Both the position numbers and the translations under genes were made by a program. Positions 18,800 to 28,782 of a stretch of DNA of 64,000 bases are shown here, piece by piece. Each line of letters begins with the position of its first letter. The first letter of the stretch is position 1. The DNA comes from an uncultured Lachnospiraceae bacterium. Lineage in GTDB: Bacteria > Bacillota > Clostridia > Christensenellales > UBA1242. A model generated the notes under the pieces. That model was given only the letters and a program-made list of their open reading frames with translations. It ran no database searches and had not been told where the DNA came from. The stretch is taken from positions 8,521 to 72,520 of the forward strand of contig CAZQMZ010000005.1 of the NCBI GenBank assembly GCA_964594865.1, read 5' to 3'.

Positions 18800-19062
18800 A
18801 AGGAAATGCGATGACGGAGAAAAGTAGCATATTCACTTGTTTTCCAGAGAGGTAAATCGTGGCTGAAAGTTTACCATCAAAAATATGTGAAAGAACACTC
18901 AGGAGCAGTTTTTTCGAAAAATTATTTTAGTAGGGAAAACCGGGATTGCCCGTTACAGCAAAATTGAGAGGCAGTTTTACTGCAAGTTAGGTGGCACCGC
19001 GAATCATTCGTCCTAACACTGTTGACAAAAAGTCAAGTGTTAATGACGAGTGACTTTTTTGT
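18800..19062 (+). ncRNA. Canonical transcriptional T-box riboswitch, Asn (AAC) specifier
   Basis: Promoter TTGACA-17-TATAAT (18766-18794); GCGATGA K-turn, AGTA loop E, AGAGA bulge, GCTGAA loop, AAC at 18894-18896 before ACTC, T-box AGGTGGCACCGCG (18989-19001), terminator plus T-run. Confidence 0.92.
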
Positions 19063-19092
19063 TTATAAAAAATTTTTTAAAAGGAGAGGTTT

Positions 19093-20394
19093 ATGGAAAA
19101 ATATAAAGTAAGCGACCTTAAAAACAGCGAAGGTAAAGTGGAGGTTTGGGCTTGGATTGAAAAAGTCCGTGATCAAAAAAATATGCAATTTGTCATATTA
19201 AGAGACAGAAGCGGAATGCTCCAAATGACGATTGAAAAAGCAACAAAACCAGAAATTGCTGAGATTGTTTCTCATTTTACGCAAGATTTTTATGTTAAAG
19301 TTGAAGGAACTGTTGTGCCAAATGAATATGTCAAACTCGGAAAAAAAGAATTGATCCCGGACAGTTTGGAAGTTTTATCAACTGCCGAGATTTCTCCTAT
19401 TGACGAGAAAAGTTCAATTGACCAACGCCTTGATTATCGATGGATAGATTTGAGAGATCCAAAAAAGAGATTGATTTTTGAGGCTCAAACTGCACTCGCA
19501 CAAGGAATGAGAAAATATTGTATCGAAAATGGCTTTATCGAAGTTCATTGTCCAACAATAATCAAAAATGAAAGTGAAAGCGGTTCAGGTGTGTTTGAAG
19601 TTAAATATTTTGACAAAAAAGCATATCTAATCCAAAGCCCACAATTTTATAAACAAATGGCAATTGCTGCAGGATTTGAAAAAGTGTTTATCATCACACC
19701 GGTCTTTCGTGCAGAAAAATCTTACACAAGAAAACATGCGACAGAATTTTCAGGTTTTGACCTTGAAATTGCCAATGTTTCTTCTGTCGAAGATGTTATG
19801 AAACTGGAAGAAGAATTTATTTATGCTGGTTTGAAAGAAGTAAGTGAAAAGTATGGCGAAAAAATTAAAGAACTTTTGGGCGTGGAGGTTATTGTTCCAA
19901 CATTACCATTTCCAAGAATAACAATGAAAGAAGTTTATAAAATTTTGGAAGAAGAACTTGACTATCCGCTCGATGAAGGAGCTGATTTGGACACAGAGGC
20001 AGAAAATTTGATTGCTGCCTATATGATGAAGAAAAATAATCATCAATTCTTTTTTATCAAAGAATACCCTTCCGATGTTCGACCATTCTATTCAATGCAT
20101 AAAAAAGATGAGCCAGAATATAGCGAAACATATGATTTATATTATAAAGACATCGAAATCACAAGTGGTGCAATGAGAGAACATCGACCAGATGTTCTGG
20201 CAAAACAAATTGCAAGTAAAGGAATTGATCCAAAAACAATGGAAGAAAATTATATCAATTTCTTTAAATATGGTTGCCCACCACACGGCGGGTTTGGTTT
20301 AGGACTTGACCGATTGACAATGATTATGCTTGATGTTCCAACCATAAAAGAAGCAATGTTTGTCTTCCGTGGTCCAGACCGACTTGATCCATAA
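19093..20394 (+). CDS. aspS: Archaeal-type (GAD-less), probably non-discriminating aspartyl-tRNA synthetase
   Basis: 433 aa; RLDYRWIDLR, QSPQFYKQ, VFRAEKSYTRKHATEF, PPHGGFGLGLDR; operonic with gatCAB. Confidence 0.92.
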   Translation: MEKYKVSDLKNSEGKVEVWAWIEKVRDQKNMQFVILRDRSGMLQMTIEKATKPEIAEIVSHFTQDFYVKVEGTVVPNEYVKLGKKELIPDSLEVLSTAEISPIDEKSSIDQRLDYRWIDLRDPKKRLIFEAQTALAQGMRKYCIENGFIEVHCPTIIKNESESGSGVFEVKYFDKKAYLIQSPQFYKQMAIAAGFEKVFIITPVFRAEKSYTRKHATEFSGFDLEIANVSSVEDVMKLEEEFIYAGLKEVSEKYGEKIKELLGVEVIVPTLPFPRITMKEVYKILEEELDYPLDEGADLDTEAENLIAAYMMKKNNHQFFFIKEYPSDVRPFYSMHKKDEPEYSETYDLYYKDIEITSGAMREHRPDVLAKQIASKGIDPKTMEENYINFFKYGCPPHGGFGLGLDRLTMIMLDVPTIKEAMFVFRGPDRLDP

Positions 20395-20437
20395 AAACAA
20401 ATCTCAAAGACAAATATAATTGTTTGTAGGAGGAAAA

Positions 20438-20731
20438 ATGAATAAAACAAAAATAACAATTGAGGAAGTTAAAAGGCTTGCAGGATTGTCAGCGCTTGAA
20501 TTTACGGACGAAGAACTCGCATCTTTCGTTCCTGAATTTGAAAAAATTATTGAACTTGTGGACGAAGTGAAAAATTGCGATATTGGAAATGCACAACTTG
20601 AATATAACTCTCACAAACTCAGTGAATGTCGCGAAGATGTGGCAAAAGAAAGTTTGCCACAAGAAGAAATTTTGTTAAACAGTCCAAAAACAAAGAAGGG
20701 CTCATTCTGCGTGCCTAAAATGTTGGATTAA
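20438..20731 (+). CDS. gatC: Asp/Glu-tRNA amidotransferase subunit C
   Basis: EEVKRLAGLSALEF...REDVAKE...FCVPKML; AGGAGG RBS before ATG 20438. Confidence 0.93.
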   Translation: MNKTKITIEEVKRLAGLSALEFTDEELASFVPEFEKIIELVDEVKNCDIGNAQLEYNSHKLSECREDVAKESLPQEEILLNSPKTKKGSFCVPKMLD

Positions 20732-20740
20732 GGAGGGGAT

Positions 20741-22183
20741 ATGAAAATTGATGAATTATCACTAATAGACCTTAAAAATGCTATTGCCAACAAAAAAGTA
20801 ACTTCTTATGAAGCAACGAAATTTTATATTGAACAATGCAAAAAACACGCAGACTTAAATGCCGTTTTGGAAATTTTTGATGATGCTCTTGACAACGCAA
20901 AAGCAATGGATGAAAAAATTCAAAACGGATTTAAAGGTAAACTTGCTGGTGTGCCGGTCATAATCAAAGATAATATTTTATATAAAGGTAAAAAAGCAAG
21001 TTGCGGTTCAAAATTTTTAGAAAATTATGTTGCGCAATACAATTCTACAGTTGTTCAAAAAATGCTTGATGCAGGGGCAATTATTTTCGCAAGGTCAAAT
21101 ATGGACGAATTTGCAATGGGTTCTTCAACAGAAACATCATATTTTGGCATAACGAAAAATGCACTTGATCCCACTCGCGTGCCGGGCGGTTCAAGCGGTG
21201 GTTCTGCAAGCGTTGTTGGTGCTGGACTTGCTCCGGTAGCTCTTGGAACGGACACAGGTGGGTCAATAAGACAACCAAGTTCATATAATGGCGTTGTGGG
21301 AATTAAACCAACTTATGGCAGAGTTTCAAGATATGGAGTCATCGCTTTTGCAAGTTCAATTGAACAAGTTGGTCCAATAACTAAAAATGTTAAAGACAAT
21401 GCGTATATGTTGGAAGTTCTTGCAGGAAAAAGTGAACATGACGAAACTTCTCTTGTCGAAGAAGTGCCAAACTATCTTGCTTCAATCAAGGGAGATATTA
21501 AAGGACTTAAAGTTGGTGTTTTGAAAGAAGTTGAAGAAGTTGTCGAAGGTTTGGAAGTTGAGAAAAGTTATAAAGAAGCTCTTAGATTTTTGAAAGATAA
21601 CGGTGCAACTTTGGTTCCTGTTTCAATTCCAGATTTCAAACTTTCTCTTCCTTGCTATTACATCATTGCACCAGCCGAAGCAACCAGTAATTTGGGAAGA
21701 TTTGATGGCGTTAAATATTCAAAAAGAAGTGCTGATGCAAAAAATATTGACGAAATTTATTTCAAAAGTCGTTCGGAAGGTTTTGGAAAAGAGGTTAAAA
21801 GAAGAATAATGCTCGGAAACTTTGTTTTGAGTTCGGGGTATTTTGATGCTTATTACAATAAAGCAAAAAAATTACAACAAAAACTTATTGCCGAAAGCAA
21901 AGAAGTTTTCAATAAATGCGATGTTATTGTGATGCCAACCACCATTGGAGAAGCCTTCAAACTTGGTGAAAAGAGTGACAATCCAGTTGAGATGTATAAA
22001 GAAGATTTGTTCACAATTATGGCAAACATTTTGGGCGTACCTGCCATTTCATTACCTTTTGGGAAAGGGAAAAGCGGACTTCCTCTCGGACTTCAAATTG
22101 TCGCTGACAGATTGAACGAAGGAGTTCTTTATAATGTTGCCGATTTCATCGAGAGTAAAGGAGGAGAATATGCAAGAGTATGA
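20741..22183 (+). CDS. gatA: Amidotransferase subunit A
   Basis: IKDNI, NMDEFAMGSSTE, PGGSSGGSA, GTDTGGSIRQP amidase signature. Confidence 0.97.
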   Translation: MKIDELSLIDLKNAIANKKVTSYEATKFYIEQCKKHADLNAVLEIFDDALDNAKAMDEKIQNGFKGKLAGVPVIIKDNILYKGKKASCGSKFLENYVAQYNSTVVQKMLDAGAIIFARSNMDEFAMGSSTETSYFGITKNALDPTRVPGGSSGGSASVVGAGLAPVALGTDTGGSIRQPSSYNGVVGIKPTYGRVSRYGVIAFASSIEQVGPITKNVKDNAYMLEVLAGKSEHDETSLVEEVPNYLASIKGDIKGLKVGVLKEVEEVVEGLEVEKSYKEALRFLKDNGATLVPVSIPDFKLSLPCYYIIAPAEATSNLGRFDGVKYSKRSADAKNIDEIYFKSRSEGFGKEVKRRIMLGNFVLSSGYFDAYYNKAKKLQQKLIAESKEVFNKCDVIVMPTTIGEAFKLGEKSDNPVEMYKEDLFTIMANILGVPAISLPFGKGKSGLPLGLQIVADRLNEGVLYNVADFIESKGGEYARV

Positions 22184-23579
22184 TATTGTTATTGGACTTG
22201 AAGTCCACAGTGAACTTAAAACAAATGCTAAAGTTTTCTGTTCTTGCAAAAATCAATTTGGCCAAACACCAAACACAAATTGTTGCCCTGTTTGTGTTGG
22301 GCTTCCTGGTGCTCTTCCCGTTTTAAATAAAAAAGCAGTGCAGCTTGTTATCAAAGCAGGTTTGACAATGGATTGTGAAATAAACGACATTGCTGTTTTT
22401 GAAAGAAAGAACTATTTTTACCCTGACCTTGCGAAAGCATATCAAATAAGCCAACTTGTCAAACCAATTTGTGTTGGTGGACATATTGAACTTAAAAACA
22501 AAAAAGTTCGACTTAACCGTATTCATTTGGAAGAAGATGCTGGAAAACTTGTGCATAGCACTGCGGCAATTGGAACTTTGATTGACTATAACCGTGGTGG
22601 CGTGCCACTTATGGAACTTGTTACTGAACCTGATATTTCAAGTGCAGAAGAAGCTGTGGAATTTTTGACAAAACTTCGTCAACGCCTTATCTTTGCTGGT
22701 GTTGCTGAATGTAAAATGGAGCAAGGCGGAATGCGTTGCGATGTGAATATATCAGTCAAAAAGAAAGGCTCAAACAAACTTGGTGAGAGAACAGAAATGA
22801 AAAACCTTAACTCTTTCAAGAGTGTTTATCGTGCCATTAAATTTGAAACAAACAGACAAATTGAAATTCTTGAAAATGGTGGAAAAATAATCCAAGAAAC
22901 AAGAAAATGGGATGACAATCATGGCAAGAGTGTTTCAATGCGTAAAAAAGAAACTTCTTCTGATTATCGTTATTTTCCAGACCCTGATATGCTTGCTGTG
23001 GAAATTTCAAGAAAAGACGTTGAAGAGATAAGAAAAAATCTTCCACTTATGCCAGAAGAATTAAAAGCCAAATATATGGAAGAATATGGATTGACAGAAT
23101 ATGAAAGCGATATTTTGACCAAAGAAAAAGAACTTTCGGACTATTTCAATGAAATAATAAAAAATGTGGACAATCCAAAAGAAGTATCCAACTGGATTTT
23201 AACAGAAGTTTTAAACAAAGTTAAAGATGGAGACAATGAAATAAAGGTTTCACCAAAAGAACTTGCCGAACTTATCAAACTTGTTGAAAAAAAGACAGTG
23301 ACAAGAACAAATGCAAAAGAAATGCTTTCTCGAATTTGGGAAAATGGCGAAAAAATTGAGAATTTGGTTAAAGAATTTGGCGGAAGTGTTGAAGATGATA
23401 TGTTAAAAACAATTGTGGAAAACATTATCAAAAACAATCCAAAAGTGGTGGAAGACTATAAAACTTCTCCAACTCCTGAAAAAGTTTTCCGTTGGTTTGT
23501 TGGACAGGTAATGAAAGAAACTCGCGGAAAAGCAAATGCATCAAAGGCAGAAGAATATATCAAAAAGTTAGTGAAATAA
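22170..23579 (+). CDS. gatB: Amidotransferase subunit B
   Basis: IGLEVHSEL, RKNYFYPDL, HLEEDAGK, MRCDVNIS, DYRYFPDPD; start MQEYD after GGAGG; terminator 23580-23610. Confidence 0.97.
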   Translation: MQEYDIVIGLEVHSELKTNAKVFCSCKNQFGQTPNTNCCPVCVGLPGALPVLNKKAVQLVIKAGLTMDCEINDIAVFERKNYFYPDLAKAYQISQLVKPICVGGHIELKNKKVRLNRIHLEEDAGKLVHSTAAIGTLIDYNRGGVPLMELVTEPDISSAEEAVEFLTKLRQRLIFAGVAECKMEQGGMRCDVNISVKKKGSNKLGERTEMKNLNSFKSVYRAIKFETNRQIEILENGGKIIQETRKWDDNHGKSVSMRKKETSSDYRYFPDPDMLAVEISRKDVEEIRKNLPLMPEELKAKYMEEYGLTEYESDILTKEKELSDYFNEIIKNVDNPKEVSNWILTEVLNKVKDGDNEIKVSPKELAELIKLVEKKTVTRTNAKEMLSRIWENGEKIENLVKEFGGSVEDDMLKTIVENIIKNNPKVVEDYKTSPTPEKVFRWFVGQVMKETRGKANASKAEEYIKKLVK

Positions 23580-23689
23580 AGTGTAAAGAATAAAATCTTT
23601 ACACTTTTTTCTCATTTTTTTTCATTTATTTTCTATTTAATCATTATTTTCCAGAATGCGGACTTCTCTTTTTAATCTAATGGATAAAT

Positions 23690-24514
23690 TTATTCAATAT
23701 TTGACCTAACAACTTTCAAGATCGTGTCAAAAGAGTCTTTGTCTCTTGATTTTTTGTTGACGATTTTGCGGACACCCCAAAATATATAAAACATTATTCC
23801 TGCTCCCAAAATGATTGCAAACAGATATAGACACATATTTGCAAACCATCCGTTGTTTAGGTTGAAGGTTTCAAAAAAGTAGATTGGACTTATTTCAAAA
23901 GGGGAGATGTAAAACATGTTAACTCCACCTTTATCTTTCAAAGCCACATTGAAAATTTGCGCAATGCAACAGCAAATCAAAAAAATCACCACGCCTTTAA
24001 AAAAGTCATACCAATTTTGTCCAGCACGACCGCTGAAAAACAGATAAAGCCCAATAAACACCAACGTCATGTGCCAGACATATGCGTGCAGAGTCAATGT
24101 CCAATATTCATGATTAAGCCCACTTGGTTCGGCAAAGGAAATTGCTCCGCCAAACAAATTGAAAATAAACATAAAATTATATACATAACTCAACACTTTT
24201 TCATTTTTAATAAACAAGCATAAAATGCAAAGATACATCGGCACAGAACATAATTGAAAAGGAAAAATCCACCATGAATATTCGCAATCTTTCATAACAT
24301 AGAAATAAAAAAGTTGTTTATAGATTTCTGTCAAAATCAAAAATCCACCGACTACTCCCAAAACAATTTTGTTTTGTTTTTTATTCGTCTTTCGCAAGAA
24401 CCACGCCAAAAGCACGGAGACAATCAACCCGATTATCACAAAGGATATGTGAAACAACCCATAGGATTGTGGAGGAGTCATCTCCCACGCTGTCCATTTG
24501 AAAAAACTTTGCAT
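23690..24514 (-). CDS. YwaF/TMEM164-like integral membrane protein
   Basis: YGLFHI, FPFQLCS motif, multiple TM helices, NMFYISP. Confidence 0.75.
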   Translation of the reverse strand: MQSFFKWTAWEMTPPQSYGLFHISFVIIGLIVSVLLAWFLRKTNKKQNKIVLGVVGGFLILTEIYKQLFYFYVMKDCEYSWWIFPFQLCSVPMYLCILCLFIKNEKVLSYVYNFMFIFNLFGGAISFAEPSGLNHEYWTLTLHAYVWHMTLVFIGLYLFFSGRAGQNWYDFFKGVVIFLICCCIAQIFNVALKDKGGVNMFYISPFEISPIYFFETFNLNNGWFANMCLYLFAIILGAGIMFYIFWGVRKIVNKKSRDKDSFDTILKVVRSNIE

Positions 24515-24807
24515 ATAAACCTTCCTTTTTTAAGGATATCACAACCTTGAACAAGATGTAAAGAAATTATCAATGTTTTATTTGATATTAAAAAAATATT
24601 TAAATTAGATATATTAAGTTTTATGTGGTTTTTATATTTTATGGAATGTATAAAACGATGTTTTTGAGTTGTTGTTCTTTGTGATATAAATAAACCAATG
24701 AGAACAACAGGCATTGTCGGCATCAAACCTTACGTAATTTCTCTATAATTTTTTACGTACGTCTATCTAAAACAATAAAAAAGAACATTTTTAACATGTT
24801 CTTTCTT

Positions 24808-25185
24808 TTAATTTTCTTTATAAAGACCTAAAAGATAATATTCTGCAACCAAACGAATCAACTCTCCAGATGTTGGCTTATCATCTATTGTATAAAGCGG
24901 AGCTTTAAACATTTTATTTAATTCCATGAAACTTTTTGTTTCTGCTGTTGTATCTATTGCATGGCGAATACTTCTTTCAATATTTCCACTTTTTTCTAAT
25001 TGAAAACATTTTGAAATTTCAACATAAAGTCCTTTACATAAATTTTTCAACAGTTCCGGACGCTGTATCACAAGTTCAATTCCACAACAAAGATAACTAA
25101 ATCCAATCAGATCACATCTGATTCCAATCCTTATTAAAGTTAATTTGATAATTTTTCTCATTTCTGCCAATTGATTTTTATCCAT
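24808..25185 (-). CDS. Stand-alone Spo0A C-terminal DNA-binding domain protein (no receiver domain)
   Basis: IGFSYL...GLYVEI...IERSIRHAI...KPTSGELIRLVAE parallels Spo0A_C (KGYQYL...VERAIRHAI...KPTNSEFI). Confidence 0.85.
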   Translation of the reverse strand: MDKNQLAEMRKIIKLTLIRIGIRCDLIGFSYLCCGIELVIQRPELLKNLCKGLYVEISKCFQLEKSGNIERSIRHAIDTTAETKSFMELNKMFKAPLYTIDDKPTSGELIRLVAEYYLLGLYKEN

Positions 25186-25658
25186 TTTTTTATCTCCTTT
25201 TATTTTTATTTATATTTTTCATCAAATTCTTTTTGTAAATTTTAAAATTTTTTCATCCTTTTGTAAATCACTCCTTTCAATCTTTGTGAATAAAAAACGC
25301 ATATAGATGATAAGTATCTATCAAAACAAGCAAGATTTTAATTAAAGATATAACGTTTTTATTTATTGAGATTATATATAATCTTCTGAAGATTTTCTAG
25401 GAGTGTCCTTTTTCAAGGACATTTTTATTATAACATCTTTGTGACAAAATTCAAAATAATTTTACAAAATTTCACAAAAATTTTATTATAATTTTTTAGT
25501 TTATAATTGTATCTAAAAACAATATATTATGTTATTAAAATATAATTAACACAAATATTTCTAAATATAGTATTGTAGAATATTGTAAAAAATATAACAG
25601 TAAAAACTTTCTATTAACATAAAACATTTGTTGAAAATCCTATAATATCGTTTTCTGT

Positions 25659-26276
25659 TTGACACAAAAAACTAAAATAATTATAATTATCCTTATGTAT
25701 ATTTTATCACAAATCTCAGTTGCAATCGGAATGATCATCGACCTTTCTGGCAAACTTATGAAATCTAAAAGGCTTTTACTTCTGTTTATGGCAATAGCTT
25801 CAATTTTTTATTGCATTTCTTACGTATTGTTGTCAAGTTATTTACCTGCAATTATGCAAATCTTGCTCTTAGCTCGTGCACTTTGGTATATGGTTTTGGA
25901 TGAAAGAGAAGTCCCAATCAAAAATTATTTTCTACCTTTTTCTTTAATAAACTCACTTTTTGTTGTTGCGCTTATCTTTTTCTGGGAAAATATAATGACT
26001 CTCGTGCTTGTTTTTGCTATGTTTATTTTAACTTTTTGTTTAATATTTAAAAATCTCGTCTTTATAAAAATATCGCTTATAATAAACTCCATACTTTGGT
26101 GCACATATAATTTCACCATACGAGGTTATGTCAATATGTCGGTTGATTTAATTTCTATCGTACTTTTGCTTATTTCTCTCTTCATATATGACATCCTGCC
26201 AAGTATAAGAAAAAAGAAAAGTTTTGAAAATAATTATGACATCAAAAAAATAATAAAAATTTGCAAAAACAATTAA
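25659..26276 (+). CDS. YgjV-like inner membrane protein (start uncertain)
   Basis: Hydrophobic; two-repeat pattern Q.KSK..LL...LWCTYN...GY typical of YgjV family. Confidence 0.55.
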   Translation: MTQKTKIIIIILMYILSQISVAIGMIIDLSGKLMKSKRLLLLFMAIASIFYCISYVLLSSYLPAIMQILLLARALWYMVLDEREVPIKNYFLPFSLINSLFVVALIFFWENIMTLVLVFAMFILTFCLIFKNLVFIKISLIINSILWCTYNFTIRGYVNMSVDLISIVLLLISLFIYDILPSIRKKKSFENNYDIKKIIKICKNN

Positions 26277-26443
26277 AAAAACTCTGTGTTTTTCACAGAG
26301 TTTTTTATAAAAATTTTTATTTATATCTTTTATTTTGATTTTTATATATCAAGGTTGAATTTTTTAATAAATTTTGCAATTTTTCACACTTTTTTGCTTT
26401 TTGCCATATTAATTTATGTATTCAAATTTTTCAAGGAGCAAAT

Positions 26444-27478
26444 ATGTCAAATGAAATTTATTACATAGGTGGAAACGATGAACATGGAATCAATCCGCCA
26501 ACATACGGCAAAAGAACGCCGGTTGTTCCGGGGTTAGAGCGTCAGATATATGAAAATGAATTTAATAATGCTGCAAAAAATTATTTTCTTGAAGCGTGTC
26601 TAAGACAAGGGTTTTCGGTTTATGATGTCAAACCAGAAGATAGTGATGTCAGCATCTCCACACGCGTGACAAGAATAAATCGTCAAAATCTCACCGCACT
26701 TGTCACCTTTGCATATAACGCATATGGCGAAACTTTCAACAGCACTTCTGGAGTGGAAGTTTATTATTCTCTCACCAATCCCGAAGTGACACAAAGTCAA
26801 ACTCTTGCAAATGACATCTATCAATATATCATCCAAGGGACATCTCAAACGGGGCGCGGTGTCAGAACTTTGGACGTTGGAGTTTTGTCTTCTGTGAATT
26901 GTCCATCAGCTCTCATTGAGGCAGGGTTTATGACCAATCTCCATGAAGCACAATTGATGATCAATCCACTTTTTCAAACAGAAGTGGGTGAAGAAGCATG
27001 CCAAGGTGTGTGCGAATTTTTGGGCGTCGACTATGTTGGTCGCGACGATTTGTCAGTTTATCCAACAATAAGAAATGGTTCAGCGAATAACTTTGTCTTT
27101 CTTTTACAATTCATTTTAAATCACCAGTATGGCACAAGTCTTGATGTGGATGGCATCTTTGGAAGTAAAACCAAAAGCGCTGTGGAAACATTTCAACAAA
27201 ACAACGGACTTACTGTCGACGGTATCGTCGGACAAAACACATGGCGAACTCTTTTAAATCTTCCAACCTATCCAACATTGGTGCAGGGCAGTTCTGGTGC
27301 ATATGTCACTTTCATGCAACAGCTTCTTGAAAGTTTTCTCATTCCTGTGGGGACCATTGACGGAATTTTTGGTTCAAAAACTCTTTCCGCTGTCAAACAA
27401 TTTCAAGAAGAACAAAATCTCACTGTGGATGGAATTGTTGGCACCAACACTTGGAACGCACTTACTCAAACTCCTTGA
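26444..27478 (+). CDS. N-acetylmuramoyl-L-alanine amidase (Amidase_3) with C-terminal PG_binding_1 repeats
   Basis: DEHG, E-N.FN, SGVEVYY, LDVGVL, ALIEAGFMTN; repeats VDGIFGSKTKSAVETFQQNNGLTVDGIVGQNTW. Confidence 0.9.
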   Translation: MSNEIYYIGGNDEHGINPPTYGKRTPVVPGLERQIYENEFNNAAKNYFLEACLRQGFSVYDVKPEDSDVSISTRVTRINRQNLTALVTFAYNAYGETFNSTSGVEVYYSLTNPEVTQSQTLANDIYQYIIQGTSQTGRGVRTLDVGVLSSVNCPSALIEAGFMTNLHEAQLMINPLFQTEVGEEACQGVCEFLGVDYVGRDDLSVYPTIRNGSANNFVFLLQFILNHQYGTSLDVDGIFGSKTKSAVETFQQNNGLTVDGIVGQNTWRTLLNLPTYPTLVQGSSGAYVTFMQQLLESFLIPVGTIDGIFGSKTLSAVKQFQEEQNLTVDGIVGTNTWNALTQTP

Positions 27479-27525
27479 AACATTTTTATTTAACAAAAAA
27501 AACTATTAGTTTTTTAATAGTTTTT

Positions 27526-28782
27526 TTATTTTTCCAAATTAGTTTTTTCAAATTTGTTTTCAACGATATTTTTGATCCAATCTGCACGAGTGTTGATGTA
27601 TGTCTTAAACATTGTTGCGTCTTCTTTTGTCAAAAGAGGTTTTCCGTCAACCGTCATTTCGGTGTAACTGTCAACAATTTTATTGATTTTTTTTGATCTA
27701 ATGACTTTGTTTAACCCCTTCAAAAATTCGTTGGCGTCATCTGGAAAATATGTGACGATATATTCAAGATTTTTGTCGCTAACTATGCTTGAATATCTCT
27801 TTGCAAGTTCTTCCACCGGGATTTTGCTCTGTTCTTCTTTTTTACGTAAATAATCTTTATCAAACTTCAAAATCACTTCCAATTCTTTGACAGGCGGGAT
27901 ATAATCCAATTTTGTCCTTATCAAAGAGTTGAAACTTTCACCATAATCAAAGTTTGGAGCATAGTTCAAATATTTCTTCTCACAATTCACAACAATTCCA
28001 CTGTTTATGTCTGTAAAGTCACAATCACCCAAAAATTCTCTCAAAAGAAACGATCGAACAATCCGGCTTTTCACATTCTTCATATTTCCATTTGGTGAGA
28101 AATGAAAATCTTGAGCACACTTGTTTGCAAAGAACTCCACACTTCTTATCCAATTTTTCACCAACAAAGTCTCTCCACTCACATACTCTTCTTCTTTCAT
28201 TCGATTTATGTTCTCTTCAAAAGAAATAAGGTTTTCGCCGGTGTAATTTCTGTATATTTCAACCCATTCAAACTTTCCATCAATTTTTATTCTTTTTTCT
28301 TCTTTGACAGGCACTTCAATTTCTTCCGCTCTCAAAAAATCGATTGAAACAACTCCCACAGGTTTTAAATTTTCTACACTTCCTGAAATCTTAAAGTTGT
28401 CGATGATTTGAGGATATTTTTTCGCGTCAAACTTCACCAAATAATTGAAAGAAGTTGGCATTCCAAGAACCATTGCAATTCTCATAGCCATGTTTTCTGC
28501 GACTGCTGAATATTTTGTATATGTTGGCTTGAAGGTTGCCGAAATTGTTTCTGGCAAATTCTTTTTATCTACTCCAACAAATTTTCCTGCCTTATTTTTT
28601 TTGTAAATAAATTCATCATAACATGTCCAAACGCAAGACTTTTCTCCTCTTCGAACAGACTTTTCAATCGCGTCAAAAGAAAGATTTTTTGTTGAAACTT
28701 GTCCCCAGACATTTTGACTTTTTCCGCCAGACATTTCCCAGCCTTCAACATCCAAATTTATTTCCAATTCTTGAATTTCCAT
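27526..28782 (-). CDS. Orphan HipA/CtkA-like atypical kinase
   Basis: GEKSCVW, TFKP (Lys), AVAENMAMRIAMVLG (alphaC Glu), GVVSIDF, LGDCDFTDINSG (catalytic D..N), APNFDYGES. Confidence 0.7.
   Translation of the reverse strand: MEIQELEINLDVEGWEMSGGKSQNVWGQVSTKNLSFDAIEKSVRRGEKSCVWTCYDEFIYKKNKAGKFVGVDKKNLPETISATFKPTYTKYSAVAENMAMRIAMVLGMPTSFNYLVKFDAKKYPQIIDNFKISGSVENLKPVGVVSIDFLRAEEIEVPVKEEKRIKIDGKFEWVEIYRNYTGENLISFEENINRMKEEEYVSGETLLVKNWIRSVEFFANKCAQDFHFSPNGNMKNVKSRIVRSFLLREFLGDCDFTDINSGIVVNCEKKYLNYAPNFDYGESFNSLIRTKLDYIPPVKELEVILKFDKDYLRKKEEQSKIPVEELAKRYSSIVSDKNLEYIVTYFPDDANEFLKGLNKVIRSKKINKIVDSYTEMTVDGKPLLTKEDATMFKTYINTRADWIKNIVENKFEKTNLEK

Noticed and set aside
24698-24748. MRTTGIVGIKPYVISL, resembling the AbrB/SpoVT N-terminus (MKSTGIV)
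   Set aside because: Only 7 residues of similarity, 16 codons, no RBS; cannot be separated from chance.
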